Source of the DNA: Anaerolineae bacterium
GTDB taxonomy: Bacteria > Chloroflexota > Anaerolineae > B4-G1 > SLSP01
Length of the DNA: 64,000 bases
NCBI GenBank assembly: GCA_025454475.1
Contig: JALOOJ010000001.1
Coordinates: 6,015-70,014, forward strand
Reading direction: 5' to 3'
Every line of letters starts with the position of its first letter. Position 1 is the first letter of the stretch. The position numbers and the translations under genes were made by a program. The notes beneath the pieces were generated by a model that searched no databases, was not told the origin of the DNA, and worked only from the letters and a program-made list of their open reading frames with translations. Positions 9,801 to 18,312 of the stretch are shown one piece after another.

Positions 9801-10816
9801 ACGACCAATTAGGCGTGGGGGTAAAGGGAGACCAACCGAACGACTACAAGCTCCAGTACCTCGGCGTCGTCTTCCACGATCTGCCGAGTGGGCATAGCGA
9901 GTATCTGGGCTACGCCTCCAGTTGGGTACACCTGCCCGACGCCGACCCCTTGGGTAGCCGCGTGATGCCGCCTTTCGCCGGTGAGGGCAACGGCGGCTGG
10001 ACGACCGAAGGCGGCCCGATTATGACCCTCAAGGGCGAGGACATCCATATCTTCATCCAGCCCACCGGCGTCCAGCCCGGTGCCGTGCTCAATCCGGGAG
10101 ATATGTTCCGCTTCGCAGGTCATGTCAACCCCACGCTGGCCAGTCAGGTGGCCATCACCGTCACGGCACCCAGCGGCACCAAGTATCTCCGCGGCGGTCA
10201 GGCGGATTCCGTGGGCTACTTCTACGACCCTGCCGACAACTTCCCCGTCACCGAGCCGGGGCTGTGGTCGGTTGACGTCCACGTGTGGCACGACGGTGTG
10301 TGTTCCGCGGGCGCCACAATCCCGCCCTACCCACAGGGGGACGTGCTGGGTAGCGAGGGCGGTCGGTACTATTTCTACGTGGTATTTGATGACGCGCTCA
10401 GGCTGGGTGTCACCTCACCGCAGCCAGGCTATCTGCACTTCAGCGACATCGTCACGCCGGTCGAGATCACCGGCCCTGTGCCCCCAGGCCTGAGCAACGT
10501 GACGGTGGACTACACCATCGCTATGCCCGGCTTCATCCTAAGCCATGGCCAGGTGACGCCTGTGAACGGTGCCTACCACATCCTGTTCGATCCCACCGCC
10601 CTGGCCCAGGACTTTCCCAACCTCGATCTGATCAGCCGCGGCGATCTCGATGTACCGGGGTTGTCGGACACGTTCGCGATCGGGCTGCTGCTGCGTGGCC
10701 AACGCGGCGAGGAGCCGGTGTACCGCGCATCTGCCATCACGATCCAGGGGCAGCAGGTGTACGTGGACAATCCGCCCCCGGGGATCAGCGTCTTCCTACC
10801 GTTGGTGGTGAGGTAG
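6824..10816 (+). CDS. 1330-aa secreted protein of unknown function with N-terminal carboxypeptidase-regulatory-like (CarboxypepD_reg) domain
   Basis: Signal peptide MRKMMVVFLSLFGLLVLSAALRAAEA; SGTVFGPGGGVPNVSIRISSGVGPQTKITDANGFYSATV matches the CarboxypepD_reg pattern. No CxxCH, no HExxH. 37 bp after the previous gene and 5 bp before the next. Confidence 0.75.
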   Translation: MRKMMVVFLSLFGLLVLSAALRAAEATPQPAAPRDADPAPPAEALDLSASIVVSGTVFGPGGGVPNVSIRISSGVGPQTKITDANGFYSATVLSGLIEFEVRPPLVTRLSQINTASDGAQSDFTQNFTVTAGSLLSMVPVGTGGEPITDTVLLRVWPLQAELTGLTWYEMDWQAASQRFEAVLPQDVTYLKIARVPEGYYTTFVPVDLRSGDVTVNIPLNTHYVPMPPVDPPDASKITFGPPDELGEVTVTGGPGAVMPLARVFLNNLNSMHQAYAVSGADGSFTARIWAPPGSNILIKHGPSGYSAAPDESWPGLSNGLPGGKVTVLPGTILFVPFDVPAAPGDLPFATAGAAQKHLDLAAETRDYVGAAWTLTGVVHPLGNGSYALSSTLRLYSHALTLSTDLGAIHTPGSLSVLMQHNADGQPLAHKNRFVSTLLSPTGLPIETAALPTLQWGVPVDGMSWRHVSEHVIEGDLGCTFVISDDLPGIYRPRIQFAAFESGMSGVPTDTTWLASEVETFQSAPDQALLPPIAIGEVARPRLIWHLLTNTWVQGQRGIGAIGDRDTFGLVTEIVTQGDVFIVPPVEEVTGEPITYRLEPFLPMISYADRAQPGPPYIPFELPGGELHVVVRRPDGQVVDLGTEPFAQSLAQTPSTVSGHDDNQGTQQLDDVYAVRAASERFAFVFEQYGRYVITMTGVLEDVWGNVYTGGGTYEVWAAQPLDIDPGMMPGTPFAIGDVLNPTLQVYPRVGAEVSLRIRQYQGWQPAAVVLDRTVVGTANAYGTFTPEIVPPIRFTEPGEYRVDLTTRYWDEAGRLRMGVMTWGGVVMTPPAQADLIAHGRRGYDVGTFPDMTWFVGLRDVVLPAGVVSHLHAPYFAGDIIWSRMEDGLYGDSLILNPGLQDTTGGYWSELLLDRAVHMRLEGMAPNDLQTRVDRGEIPVFFSTTTGNAPQVDPTVLDQAAYAYESSQRPGVRVREYLGDDSPIAYWRLDTTYDDQLGVGVKGDQPNDYKLQYLGVVFHDLPSGHSEYLGYASSWVHLPDADPLGSRVMPPFAGEGNGGWTTEGGPIMTLKGEDIHIFIQPTGVQPGAVLNPGDMFRFAGHVNPTLASQVAITVTAPSGTKYLRGGQADSVGYFYDPADNFPVTEPGLWSVDVHVWHDGVCSAGATIPPYPQGDVLGSEGGRYYFYVVFDDALRLGVTSPQPGYLHFSDIVTPVEITGPVPPGLSNVTVDYTIAMPGFILSHGQVTPVNGAYHILFDPTALAQDFPNLDLISRGDLDVPGLSDTFAIGLLLRGQRGEEPVYRASAITIQGQQVYVDNPPPGISVFLPLVVR

Positions 10817-10820
10817 CGCG

Positions 10821-12440
10821 ATGCGCCATAGGGCGGGGGCAGTCTATCTCGTGCTGGTCATCGCGGCCACTATGCTCGGTGCATTATGGTTGCTCGCCAC
10901 CGGTGCTGCCCGTTCCGCAGCGACTGCTATCGTCAGCGGCAGGGTCGTGCGCCTGGATGGCCAACCCGCCGCAGGTGCCTGGGTGCGCGTGCAGACCACC
11001 GAGAACCTCACCACTGCTGCAGCCGACGGCAGCTTTTCGCTGGCTGACCTGATCGAGGGCACGACCGTCACGATCACCGCCTGGTATCCCGATCACAAGG
11101 TGGGCTGGGCTGCGGTCGTGCCCCCTAGCGCCGGCATCACGATCACGGTGAGACCCTACGATACCCGCGACAACCCCGGCTACGAATGGAACACCTCCTA
11201 TCCCGATCCGGCAAACCCCACGTTGGGCTGCGGTCACTGCATGGCACCCTCATTTGATGAGTGGCAACGCACGGCGCACGCCCAGGCAGGCACCAACCCG
11301 CGCTTCTTCTCCCTGTACAACGGGACGGACATCACCGGCACCCTCGTGATCTCGCCGGGCTACACACTGGACTTCCCCGGCACCGCAGGCAATTGCGCCA
11401 CCTGTCATGCGCCGGGCGCCGGATACGACGCGCCTTTCACCACCAATATGAACACCCTCACCGGCGTCGACCAGGAGGGCGTCTTCTGCGAGTTCTGCCA
11501 CAAGGTCGGGACAGTGTACCTGAATCCCGCCACGGGCCGGCCCTATGACAACGCGCCGGGCACCGTCTCGATGCGCCTCTACCGCCCTTACGCGGACGAT
11601 CAGATCTTCTTTGGCAGTGTGGACGACGTGGCACGGCGCGTGAGCTACCTGCCGCTGGAACGGCGGAGCCAGTTTTGCGCGCCGTGTCATCAGTTCTCCT
11701 TCTGGGGCACGCCCATCTACGAGAGCTTCGCCGAATGGCAGGCGAGCCCCTATCCGGCCCAGGGAATTGAGTGCCAGGCCTGCCATATGCCCCCAGGAAC
11801 CAGCCCCACCTTCTGCCTGCCCGAGAAGGGCGGATTGGCCCGCGACGCCTCGCGGCTGGCCTCACACCTGGACCTGGGCGTGAAGGATACGGCCTTCATG
11901 CAGAGCACGGTGGCGATGACGGTCACGGCGGCCCCAGTGATAGGCGCGGTGGAGGTCAGCGTGACCCTGACCAACGTTGGCGCGGGGCACCACGTCCCCA
12001 CCGACTTTCCCGGACGGCATATGATTCTCACCGTCGCCGCCACGAATGCCTCGGGAGATGCCCTCGTGCAGGTCAGCGGTCCCACTGTGCCCGATTGGGG
12101 TGGTCCGCAGGCTGGAGGGCCGGGCAAGGCCTTCGCCAAGATCCTGCAGGACGTGACTACCGGCGAATCGCCCGTGGTCAGCTATTGGAAACAGACTCGT
12201 ATCGTGAGCGACAATCGCCTGCCGGCTATGGGCAGCGACACGTCAACCTATACCTTCGCGGCGCCGGATTCCGGCGGACCGGTCACGGTGACCGCCGAAC
12301 TGCGCTTCCGGCGGGCCTTCGCGCAAGTGATGCACGATAAGGGCTGGCCCGACGATGATGTCTCGATGGCGCTGGGACAGGTCAGCCTGACAACAGCGCC
12401 CTGGTGGCGCGTGCACCTGCCGCTGGTGTTGCGCCGGTAG
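10821..12440 (+). CDS. membrane-anchored/secreted multiheme c-type cytochrome with N-terminal CarboxypepD_reg-like domain
   Basis: N-terminal hydrophobic segment; SGRVVRLDGQPAAGAWVRVQTTENLTTAAADGSFS CarboxypepD_reg-like; four canonical CxxCH (CATCH, CEFCH, CAPCH, CQACH) plus one CGHCM. Confidence 0.8.
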   Translation: MRHRAGAVYLVLVIAATMLGALWLLATGAARSAATAIVSGRVVRLDGQPAAGAWVRVQTTENLTTAAADGSFSLADLIEGTTVTITAWYPDHKVGWAAVVPPSAGITITVRPYDTRDNPGYEWNTSYPDPANPTLGCGHCMAPSFDEWQRTAHAQAGTNPRFFSLYNGTDITGTLVISPGYTLDFPGTAGNCATCHAPGAGYDAPFTTNMNTLTGVDQEGVFCEFCHKVGTVYLNPATGRPYDNAPGTVSMRLYRPYADDQIFFGSVDDVARRVSYLPLERRSQFCAPCHQFSFWGTPIYESFAEWQASPYPAQGIECQACHMPPGTSPTFCLPEKGGLARDASRLASHLDLGVKDTAFMQSTVAMTVTAAPVIGAVEVSVTLTNVGAGHHVPTDFPGRHMILTVAATNASGDALVQVSGPTVPDWGGPQAGGPGKAFAKILQDVTTGESPVVSYWKQTRIVSDNRLPAMGSDTSTYTFAAPDSGGPVTVTAELRFRRAFAQVMHDKGWPDDDVSMALGQVSLTTAPWWRVHLPLVLRR

Positions 12441-12615
12441 GCCGGTGGATATCTCCACCCTTGGCAAGGTTCCACACTTTGCACCGCGTTCCGACGCGCG
12501 GGTGCTAAGGCCGGCACGGTTGAGCGCCTGGGAATCTTGCGAGGGTGAGCCTTCGCATCGCACCCATGCAACGGCCCTCTCCTGAGGTATGACCCCAGTT
12601 CTGCCCCTGAAGCTT

Positions 12616-12627
12616 CTGTGGTATGAT
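12616..12627 (+). promoter_or_regulatory. extended -10 promoter element TGnTATGAT
   Basis: tgtggtatgat about 40 nt upstream of the ATG at 12668. Confidence 0.3.
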
Positions 12628-12667
12628 GCACTATACGGCTGCGAACCCAAGCCATTGGAGGCGACTG

Positions 12668-13543
12668 ATGTCCAAGTTTCGAGCCACCCTCGCGTCGCAC
12701 AAGGTCCTGATCGCCGATGGGGCGACGGGGACCACGCTGCAGAAAGCGGGCCTGCCCCCAGGCACGGCACCGGAACGCTGGAACCTGGAGAACCAGGACG
12801 CCGTGCGCGCGCTGCACCGCGGCTACATCGAGGCCGGCTCCGATATGGTGCTCACCAACACATTTGGCGGGACGTCCGTCCGCCTCAGGCGCGAGGGGTT
12901 GGCCGAGCGCGCCGCGGAGATTAACCGCGCGGCGGCTATGCTCGCACGCGAGATGGCAGGTGAGTCGGTACTCGTCGCGGGGGATATTGGCCCCACCGGG
13001 GAGCTGATGGCGCCGCTGGGGACGCTATCCCACGAAGACGCCGTCGCATCCTTTGCCGAACAGGCCGGTGCGCTGGCCGAAGGCGGCGTCGACGTCATCC
13101 TGATCGAGACGATGAGCGACCTGGCTGAGGTTCAGGCCGCGGTCGAGGGCGTGCGCAAGGTCACGGACCTGCCCCTGATGGTTACAATGAGCTTCGACAC
13201 CAGGGGTCGCACAATGATGGGGGTGAAGCCCGACGGTGCCGCCAGGACACTGGCGTCGATGGGCGTCGACGTTATGGGCGCCAACTGCGGTCGCACGTTG
13301 ACCGAGACGCTGGACGCGGTCCTTAAGATGCGCGAGGCGGTCCCCGACGCGGTCCTGATGGCCAAACCCAACGCCGGGCTGCCCCACGCCGAGGGCGGCG
13401 ACCTGGTCTACGACGTGACGCCGGAGGTGATGGCGGAGTTCGGGCGCCGGTTCGTGAATGAAGCCGGTGTCAAGATCTTTGGTGGATGCTGCGGCAGCAC
13501 GGCCGAGCATATCAGGGCCGTTGCTGAGGCGCTCAAACTGTAG
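12668..13543 (+). CDS. homocysteine S-methyltransferase domain protein (standalone MetH/MmuM/BHMT-type Hcy-binding domain)
   Basis: Start at MSKFRATL (GGAGG RBS). LIADGATGTTLQ, VLTNTFG and the zinc-ligand GGCCG motifs of Pfam S-methyl_trans. Confidence 0.8.
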   Translation: MSKFRATLASHKVLIADGATGTTLQKAGLPPGTAPERWNLENQDAVRALHRGYIEAGSDMVLTNTFGGTSVRLRREGLAERAAEINRAAAMLAREMAGESVLVAGDIGPTGELMAPLGTLSHEDAVASFAEQAGALAEGGVDVILIETMSDLAEVQAAVEGVRKVTDLPLMVTMSFDTRGRTMMGVKPDGAARTLASMGVDVMGANCGRTLTETLDAVLKMREAVPDAVLMAKPNAGLPHAEGGDLVYDVTPEVMAEFGRRFVNEAGVKIFGGCCGSTAEHIRAVAEALKL

Positions 13544-13570
13544 GTCTCGCTGGTCTTTAGGAGGATTGAC

Positions 13571-14257
13571 ATGCGCTACGAGATTCACGGAACTGTGATG
13601 CAGACGCTGGATATATTCCTTGCGCCGGGCGAATCTATGTACACCGAGTCCGGCGGCATGGCCTGGATGAAGGGCAATATCGAAATGAAGACCGATACCA
13701 AGGGCGGGCTTATGGCCGGATTGGGCCGCAAGCTCGCCGGGGAATCGCTCTTCATGACGACCTATGTGAACCGCGGCCCCGAGGAAGCGCTGGTGGTTTT
13801 CACGCCCGAAGCGCCGGGGAAGATCATCCCGGTGAAGTTGGGCGCGAATCAGAGCATCATCTGCCAGCGCGACGCCTTCATGTGCGCCGAGAACACAATC
13901 GAGCTGACCATGCACTTCCGCAAGCGGCTCGGCACGGGGCTCTTCGGCGGCGAGGGGTTCGTCCTGCAGAAAGTCACCGGACCCGGATTTGCCTTCCTGG
14001 AGATCCCTGGCGAGGTGCGTGAGTATTCGCTGGTCCCGGGCGAGATGATGAAGATCGATCCGGGGCATATCGCGCTCTTCGAGCCCAGCGTCACCTATGA
14101 AATCACGACAGTAAAGGGCCTGACGAACGTGCTGTTTAGCGGCGAGGGGCTGTTCCTGGCGACCGTGACCGGTCCGGGGCGCATCTGGCTGCAGAGCCTT
14201 CCGCTGTCGAACTTGGCGGCGAAGTTGGCCAAGTACCTGCCGACAAAGTCATCTTGA
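13571..14257 (+). CDS. AIM24 / TIGR00266-family (DUF124) protein
   Basis: AGGAGG RBS; sequence pattern (LAPGESMYTESGGMAWMKGNIEM...LFGGEGFVLQKVTGPG...) typical of the AIM24/TIGR00266 family. Confidence 0.7.
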   Translation: MRYEIHGTVMQTLDIFLAPGESMYTESGGMAWMKGNIEMKTDTKGGLMAGLGRKLAGESLFMTTYVNRGPEEALVVFTPEAPGKIIPVKLGANQSIICQRDAFMCAENTIELTMHFRKRLGTGLFGGEGFVLQKVTGPGFAFLEIPGEVREYSLVPGEMMKIDPGHIALFEPSVTYEITTVKGLTNVLFSGEGLFLATVTGPGRIWLQSLPLSNLAAKLAKYLPTKSS

Positions 14258-14290
14258 CGTAGGGCGGCTCGCCTGGCGAGAAGACCCCCA

Positions 14291-14329
14291 GTCCTCCTCC
14301 GCGACATTACGATGTCGCGGAGGAGGGAC
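14291..14329 (+). terminator. strong GC hairpin (15-bp perfect stem, 4-nt loop) between the AIM24 and DegV genes
   Basis: cctcctccgcgacat-tacg-atgtcgcggaggagg; no clear U-tract, so it is a terminator/processing site candidate only. Confidence 0.35.
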
Positions 14330-14364
14330 GAAATCGATTAGGGCTCCAGAAAGCGTCAGGCACA

Positions 14365-15219
14365 ATGGTTCGGATCATTGCCGATACGACGTCGTGTGTT
14401 GCGGAGTCGTTTGCCGCGGCGCACGACATCCCGATCATTCCACAAGTCATTATCTTCGGCGACGAGTCCTTTCTCGAGGGTGTGGAGATCACCCAAGAGG
14501 TCTTTATCGAGCGACTTCGAGCTGCGACGAAGCCACCCAAAACCGCGGCGCCTCCGCCGGATCTCTTTACGGAGGCTTTCATGCGACTGGCCCCGGCGGG
14601 CGAGCCGATCCTCTGCATCCTACCCTCGTCGCTCGTAAGCGGTACCGTGCGTTCAGCCACGGTCGGGCTGCGTATGGCCCGCGAGCAGGGGCTGGACGGC
14701 CTCGACGTCCGGATCATTGACACGAAGCTCATTGCCAGCCCAGTAGCGACGCTGATCCGGCTCGCTCTACAATGGGCAAAGCAAGGCGAGCCGATCGACG
14801 TGATCGAGGCGCGCATCCTTGAGATGAGCGCGCGCTGCCGTATCTACTTCGTCGTCGATACGCTCAAGTATCTGGCCATGGGGGGACGCATCGGCGGCGC
14901 GGCGGCCTTGCTGGGCGGCGTGCTTCAGGTCAAGCCGGTCCTCACCTTCATCGAGGGTCAGGTGGAGACCTTCGAGAAGGTGCGCACGCACCAGCGCGCG
15001 ATCGAGCGGTTGAGGCAAGTCGTCCTCGAGCAAATCGGTCCGGGCGATCGGGGATACCTCCAGGTGATGCACGCTGATGCTCTGGAAGAAGCAGAGGAGC
15101 TCGCTGCCTTTTTCTGCACACGACTAGGGCTCGCGGAGGTGCCGATTCGCAGCGCCCCGCCCGCCATCGTGACCCACGGGGGGCCGGGCGTTCTGGGTGT
15201 TGGGTTTTTCCAGGAGTGA
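14365..15219 (+). CDS. DegV-family fatty-acid-binding protein
   Basis: MVRIIADTTSCVAESFAAAHDIPIIPQVIIFGDESF N-terminus and overall DegV pattern. Confidence 0.8.
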   Translation: MVRIIADTTSCVAESFAAAHDIPIIPQVIIFGDESFLEGVEITQEVFIERLRAATKPPKTAAPPPDLFTEAFMRLAPAGEPILCILPSSLVSGTVRSATVGLRMAREQGLDGLDVRIIDTKLIASPVATLIRLALQWAKQGEPIDVIEARILEMSARCRIYFVVDTLKYLAMGGRIGGAAALLGGVLQVKPVLTFIEGQVETFEKVRTHQRAIERLRQVVLEQIGPGDRGYLQVMHADALEEAEELAAFFCTRLGLAEVPIRSAPPAIVTHGGPGVLGVGFFQE

Positions 15220-15224
15220 GTTCT

Positions 15225-16343
15225 ATGAGGATCCACGAGATCGACACACGTGACTCCAATGACGTCCGCGAGTTCATCAAGGTCCCGTTCCGGCTCTACC
15301 GGGACTGCGCCCAGTGGACGCCGCCCATCGTGCCGAGCATCAAGCAGGCGCTCAACCGTCAGCGACACCCGTTCTACCACCACTCGGATGCCGGGTTCTT
15401 CGTCGCCGAGGACGAGGGGACTGCCGTGGGTCGGATCGCCGTGCTCGAGAATCGCCGCTACAACGATTACAACAAGGCCAGAACCGCCTTCTTCTATTAC
15501 TTCGACACGGTCGAGGACATCGCGGTCGTCAGGGGTCTGTTTGACGCCGCCGGCGCGTGGGCCAAGGCCCGCGGCCTGGAGATCCTCAAGGGGCCCAAGG
15601 GCATGCTGCGCGCTGACGCCTACGGCATCTTGGTCGAGGGCTTTGAGTATCCGGCAGGGATGGGCATCCCCTACAACTACCCCTACTATGGGCAGATCCT
15701 TGAGCAGATCGGCCTGGAGAAGGAGATCGACTACCTGTCGGGATACATGACGACCGAACAACAGCTCCCTGAGCGCCTGTTCCGCACGGTCGAGCGGCTC
15801 AAGGAGCGCGGCGGCTTCTGGGTCAAGTCATTCGAGTCCAAGCGCGAGCTGCAGAGCTGGATCCCCAAGATCCAGCAGATCAACAACGAGGCCTTCACGC
15901 AGGTCTGGGGCTATTACCCCATCGACGAAGAGGAAGTCCGCATGATCGGGCAGCAGATGCTGCTTGCCGCCGACCCGCGGCTGTTGAAGGTGGTGATGAA
16001 GGGCGACGACATCGCGGGCTTTGCGTTCGTCTTCCCCGATATCGCGGAAGCCCTGAAGGCCACTGGCGGGCAACTCTGGCCCTTCGGCTGGGCCAGGCTG
16101 CTGATCTCGCTGAAACGCACGAAACGGCTGTTGGCCAACGGTGTGGGGCTGCTGCCGCAGTTTCAGGGGCTTGGGGGCAGCGCGATGATGTACGTGGAGC
16201 TGCACGATATGATCCGGGCGCGCAAGGCCACCTATTGTGAGTTCGTCCAGGCGATGGAGACCAACGTCAAGAGCCTGGGCGACGCGAATATGCTGGGCGT
16301 CAACTGGCACAAGCGCCATCGGGTCTACCGCCTGCCCATCTAG
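15225..16343 (+). CDS. GNAT-like acyltransferase-fold protein (about 370 aa)
   Basis: Start at MRIHEIDTRD, overlapping the DegV stop. Weak GNAT-like core (VGRIAVLENRRYNDYN...); family assignment tentative. Confidence 0.45.
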   Translation: MRIHEIDTRDSNDVREFIKVPFRLYRDCAQWTPPIVPSIKQALNRQRHPFYHHSDAGFFVAEDEGTAVGRIAVLENRRYNDYNKARTAFFYYFDTVEDIAVVRGLFDAAGAWAKARGLEILKGPKGMLRADAYGILVEGFEYPAGMGIPYNYPYYGQILEQIGLEKEIDYLSGYMTTEQQLPERLFRTVERLKERGGFWVKSFESKRELQSWIPKIQQINNEAFTQVWGYYPIDEEEVRMIGQQMLLAADPRLLKVVMKGDDIAGFAFVFPDIAEALKATGGQLWPFGWARLLISLKRTKRLLANGVGLLPQFQGLGGSAMMYVELHDMIRARKATYCEFVQAMETNVKSLGDANMLGVNWHKRHRVYRLPI

Positions 16344-16465
16344 TTGGACGATTCCGGCTTCTGCCGACCGTGCCGCTCAGAAGCGGGGGCGATCGTAGAT
16401 GGCCTTCAGGCCACCCGCCCGCTCCGGGCGCGACTGGTCATCTTTAGAATGGAACTCACTAGCTG

Positions 16466-16553
16466 TCAGGTAGGCGGTTGCGGTTCGTAGTAACGGCTTT
16501 AGCCGTCAGAACCGCTGAAGCGGTTACTGCGAACCAGTCTACCTGAGTACTAG
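16466..16553 (+). repeat. structured palindromic intergenic repeat, copy A
   Basis: ggttcgtagtaacggctttagccgtcagaaccgctgaagcggttactgcgaaccagtctacctgagtactag; shares the core with copy B at 34088-34184 in the same orientation. Confidence 0.7.
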
Positions 16554-16598
16554 GCACTCCAGTGTGTCGCCACACTGATATGGGGTCGGAGGTCGTCC

Positions 16599-18035
16599 AT
16601 GACGCAGCAAACCGAACGGATTCCAGTTATCACCAAGATCATCTACGGCACCGGCGACTGGGGAGTGGCGTCGTTCAACACCCTGCGCCAGATCTTCTAC
16701 GCCATCTTCCTGACCGACGTGGTGGGGCTGGACCCGCGGCTGGCCTCCTTCGCCGCCTTCATCGGCGTGATCTGGGACGCGGTCAACGACCCGCTGGTCG
16801 GCGCCTGGAGCGACAAGCTGCGCAGCCGCTGGGGCCGTCGCCGTCCATTCCTGCTGCTCTTCGCGGTCCCCTATGGACTGGCCTTCCTGATCCTGTGGTG
16901 GGCGCCGCCGTGGAAGAGCCAGATCCTGCTGATGATCCATATGATGCTCGCCTACGCACTCAGCGACACCTTCCAGACGCTCGTCGTCGTACCCTTCCAC
17001 GCGCTGACGCCCGAGATGACCTCAGACTACGACGAGCGCACCTCGCTGGCGAGCTATCGCATGTTCTTCAACTTCCTGGCCTCGCTGGCTGCAGGCGTTG
17101 TCGCCCCCATGATCGTCGATGCGACGCTGGCGGGCGGCGGGACGCAGCAACAGGGGTACCTGGTGGCCTCCGCGATCTTCGGTGCCACATCGGTGGTCCC
17201 CTACCTGCTCATCTTCTTCGCGGTGCGCGAGAAGGTGCAGCCGGAGGATCTGCCCAAAGAGGTCTCGCTGCGGGACACGGTTCGCCAGGTCTGGGAGAAC
17301 GTGCCCTTCCGCTACGCGACCGCGATCTACATGCTGAACTGGGTGACCTTCGATCTGGTCGCCGCGGTGCTGCCTTTCTTCCTGGTCTATTGGATCGCCC
17401 AGGGCGACCTGCTGCTCAAGATGCCCCTGCTGGGCATGCCGATTGAGAGCACAGTCCTGGGCATCATGGCGATCCTGGCCGTCCCGGCTCTGCCGCTGTG
17501 GTCGTGGGCAGCGCATCGCTTCGGCAAGCGCCCGGCCTACCTGGCCGCCATTGCCTTCTGGGCGCTGATCCTGCTATCGCTGCTCTTCGTACCGCCGATG
17601 AAACTGGGGCTGGCGATGGTCATTGCCGTGCTGATGAGCTTGAGCTACTCGGCGGCGCATATGCTGCCCGAATCGATCTTCCCCGACGTCATCGACTGGG
17701 ATGAGCTGCGGACGGGCGAGCGCCACGAGGGCATCTATTACGGCGCCAAGAACTTCATCCGCAAGCTGACCACGGCGTTCGCGCTCTTTCTCACGCTGCA
17801 GGTGCTGGGATGGCTGGGGTATCAGAAGCCGCCCGACGGCGCCATTGTCTTCACACAGCCCGATGCGGTAATCACCGGCATTCGCGTCCTGGTGAGCCCG
17901 GTGGCGTCGGTGCTCCTCATCGCGCTGATGGTCGTCACCTGGTTCTATCCGCTCGACCGGCGGCGCTACGAGCGCGTGCGGCGGCTGTTGGCGCGCCGCC
18001 AGCGCCGTGACGCCCTCCGCCGTGCCTCTGCGTAG
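16599..18035 (+). CDS. MFS transporter, glycoside-pentoside-hexuronide (GPH):cation symporter family
   Basis: 12-TM profile; N-terminal IIYGTGDWGVASFNTLRQIFYAIFLTDVVGL and DPLVGAWSDKLRSRWGRRRPF typical of MelB/GPH permeases. Confidence 0.75.
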   Translation: MTQQTERIPVITKIIYGTGDWGVASFNTLRQIFYAIFLTDVVGLDPRLASFAAFIGVIWDAVNDPLVGAWSDKLRSRWGRRRPFLLLFAVPYGLAFLILWWAPPWKSQILLMIHMMLAYALSDTFQTLVVVPFHALTPEMTSDYDERTSLASYRMFFNFLASLAAGVVAPMIVDATLAGGGTQQQGYLVASAIFGATSVVPYLLIFFAVREKVQPEDLPKEVSLRDTVRQVWENVPFRYATAIYMLNWVTFDLVAAVLPFFLVYWIAQGDLLLKMPLLGMPIESTVLGIMAILAVPALPLWSWAAHRFGKRPAYLAAIAFWALILLSLLFVPPMKLGLAMVIAVLMSLSYSAAHMLPESIFPDVIDWDELRTGERHEGIYYGAKNFIRKLTTAFALFLTLQVLGWLGYQKPPDGAIVFTQPDAVITGIRVLVSPVASVLLIALMVVTWFYPLDRRRYERVRRLLARRQRRDALRRASA

Positions 18036-18312
18036 CACGAACTGCGGCCCCGCGTCTGCGCGGGCGTTCGCCCGCGACCAGGCGCCTTTCGACTCACGTG
18101 CACTGCTTCGTCGCAAAGCGCCCTCCGGCCCGTGGGCTCGCCGCGTCGCCCGGAGGCGAACGCCCGTTCCGGGTGCAGGCAAGACAGTTCGCCGTATACT
18201 TCGAACATGGGGCAACCGGTCGCTCTACACCGCAATAGCGGGATAGACATCACTTGGTGGCGCGCCGGTCGCGTGTTACACTGCCCTCACGCCAACGGGA
18301 GGGCGTCACCCT

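Noticed and set aside
7109-10291. Large antisense ORFs (204, 309 and 160 aa) inside the 1330-aa secreted protein gene
   Set aside because: No motifs, antisense to a gene with signal peptide and domain evidence; high-GC artefact.
16482-16540. tRNA-like look of ggttcg...cgaacc in the palindromic repeat
   Set aside because: No cloverleaf can be drawn: no D-arm, no anticodon stem, wrong length. It is a long imperfect palindrome and is reported as a repeat, not a tRNA.
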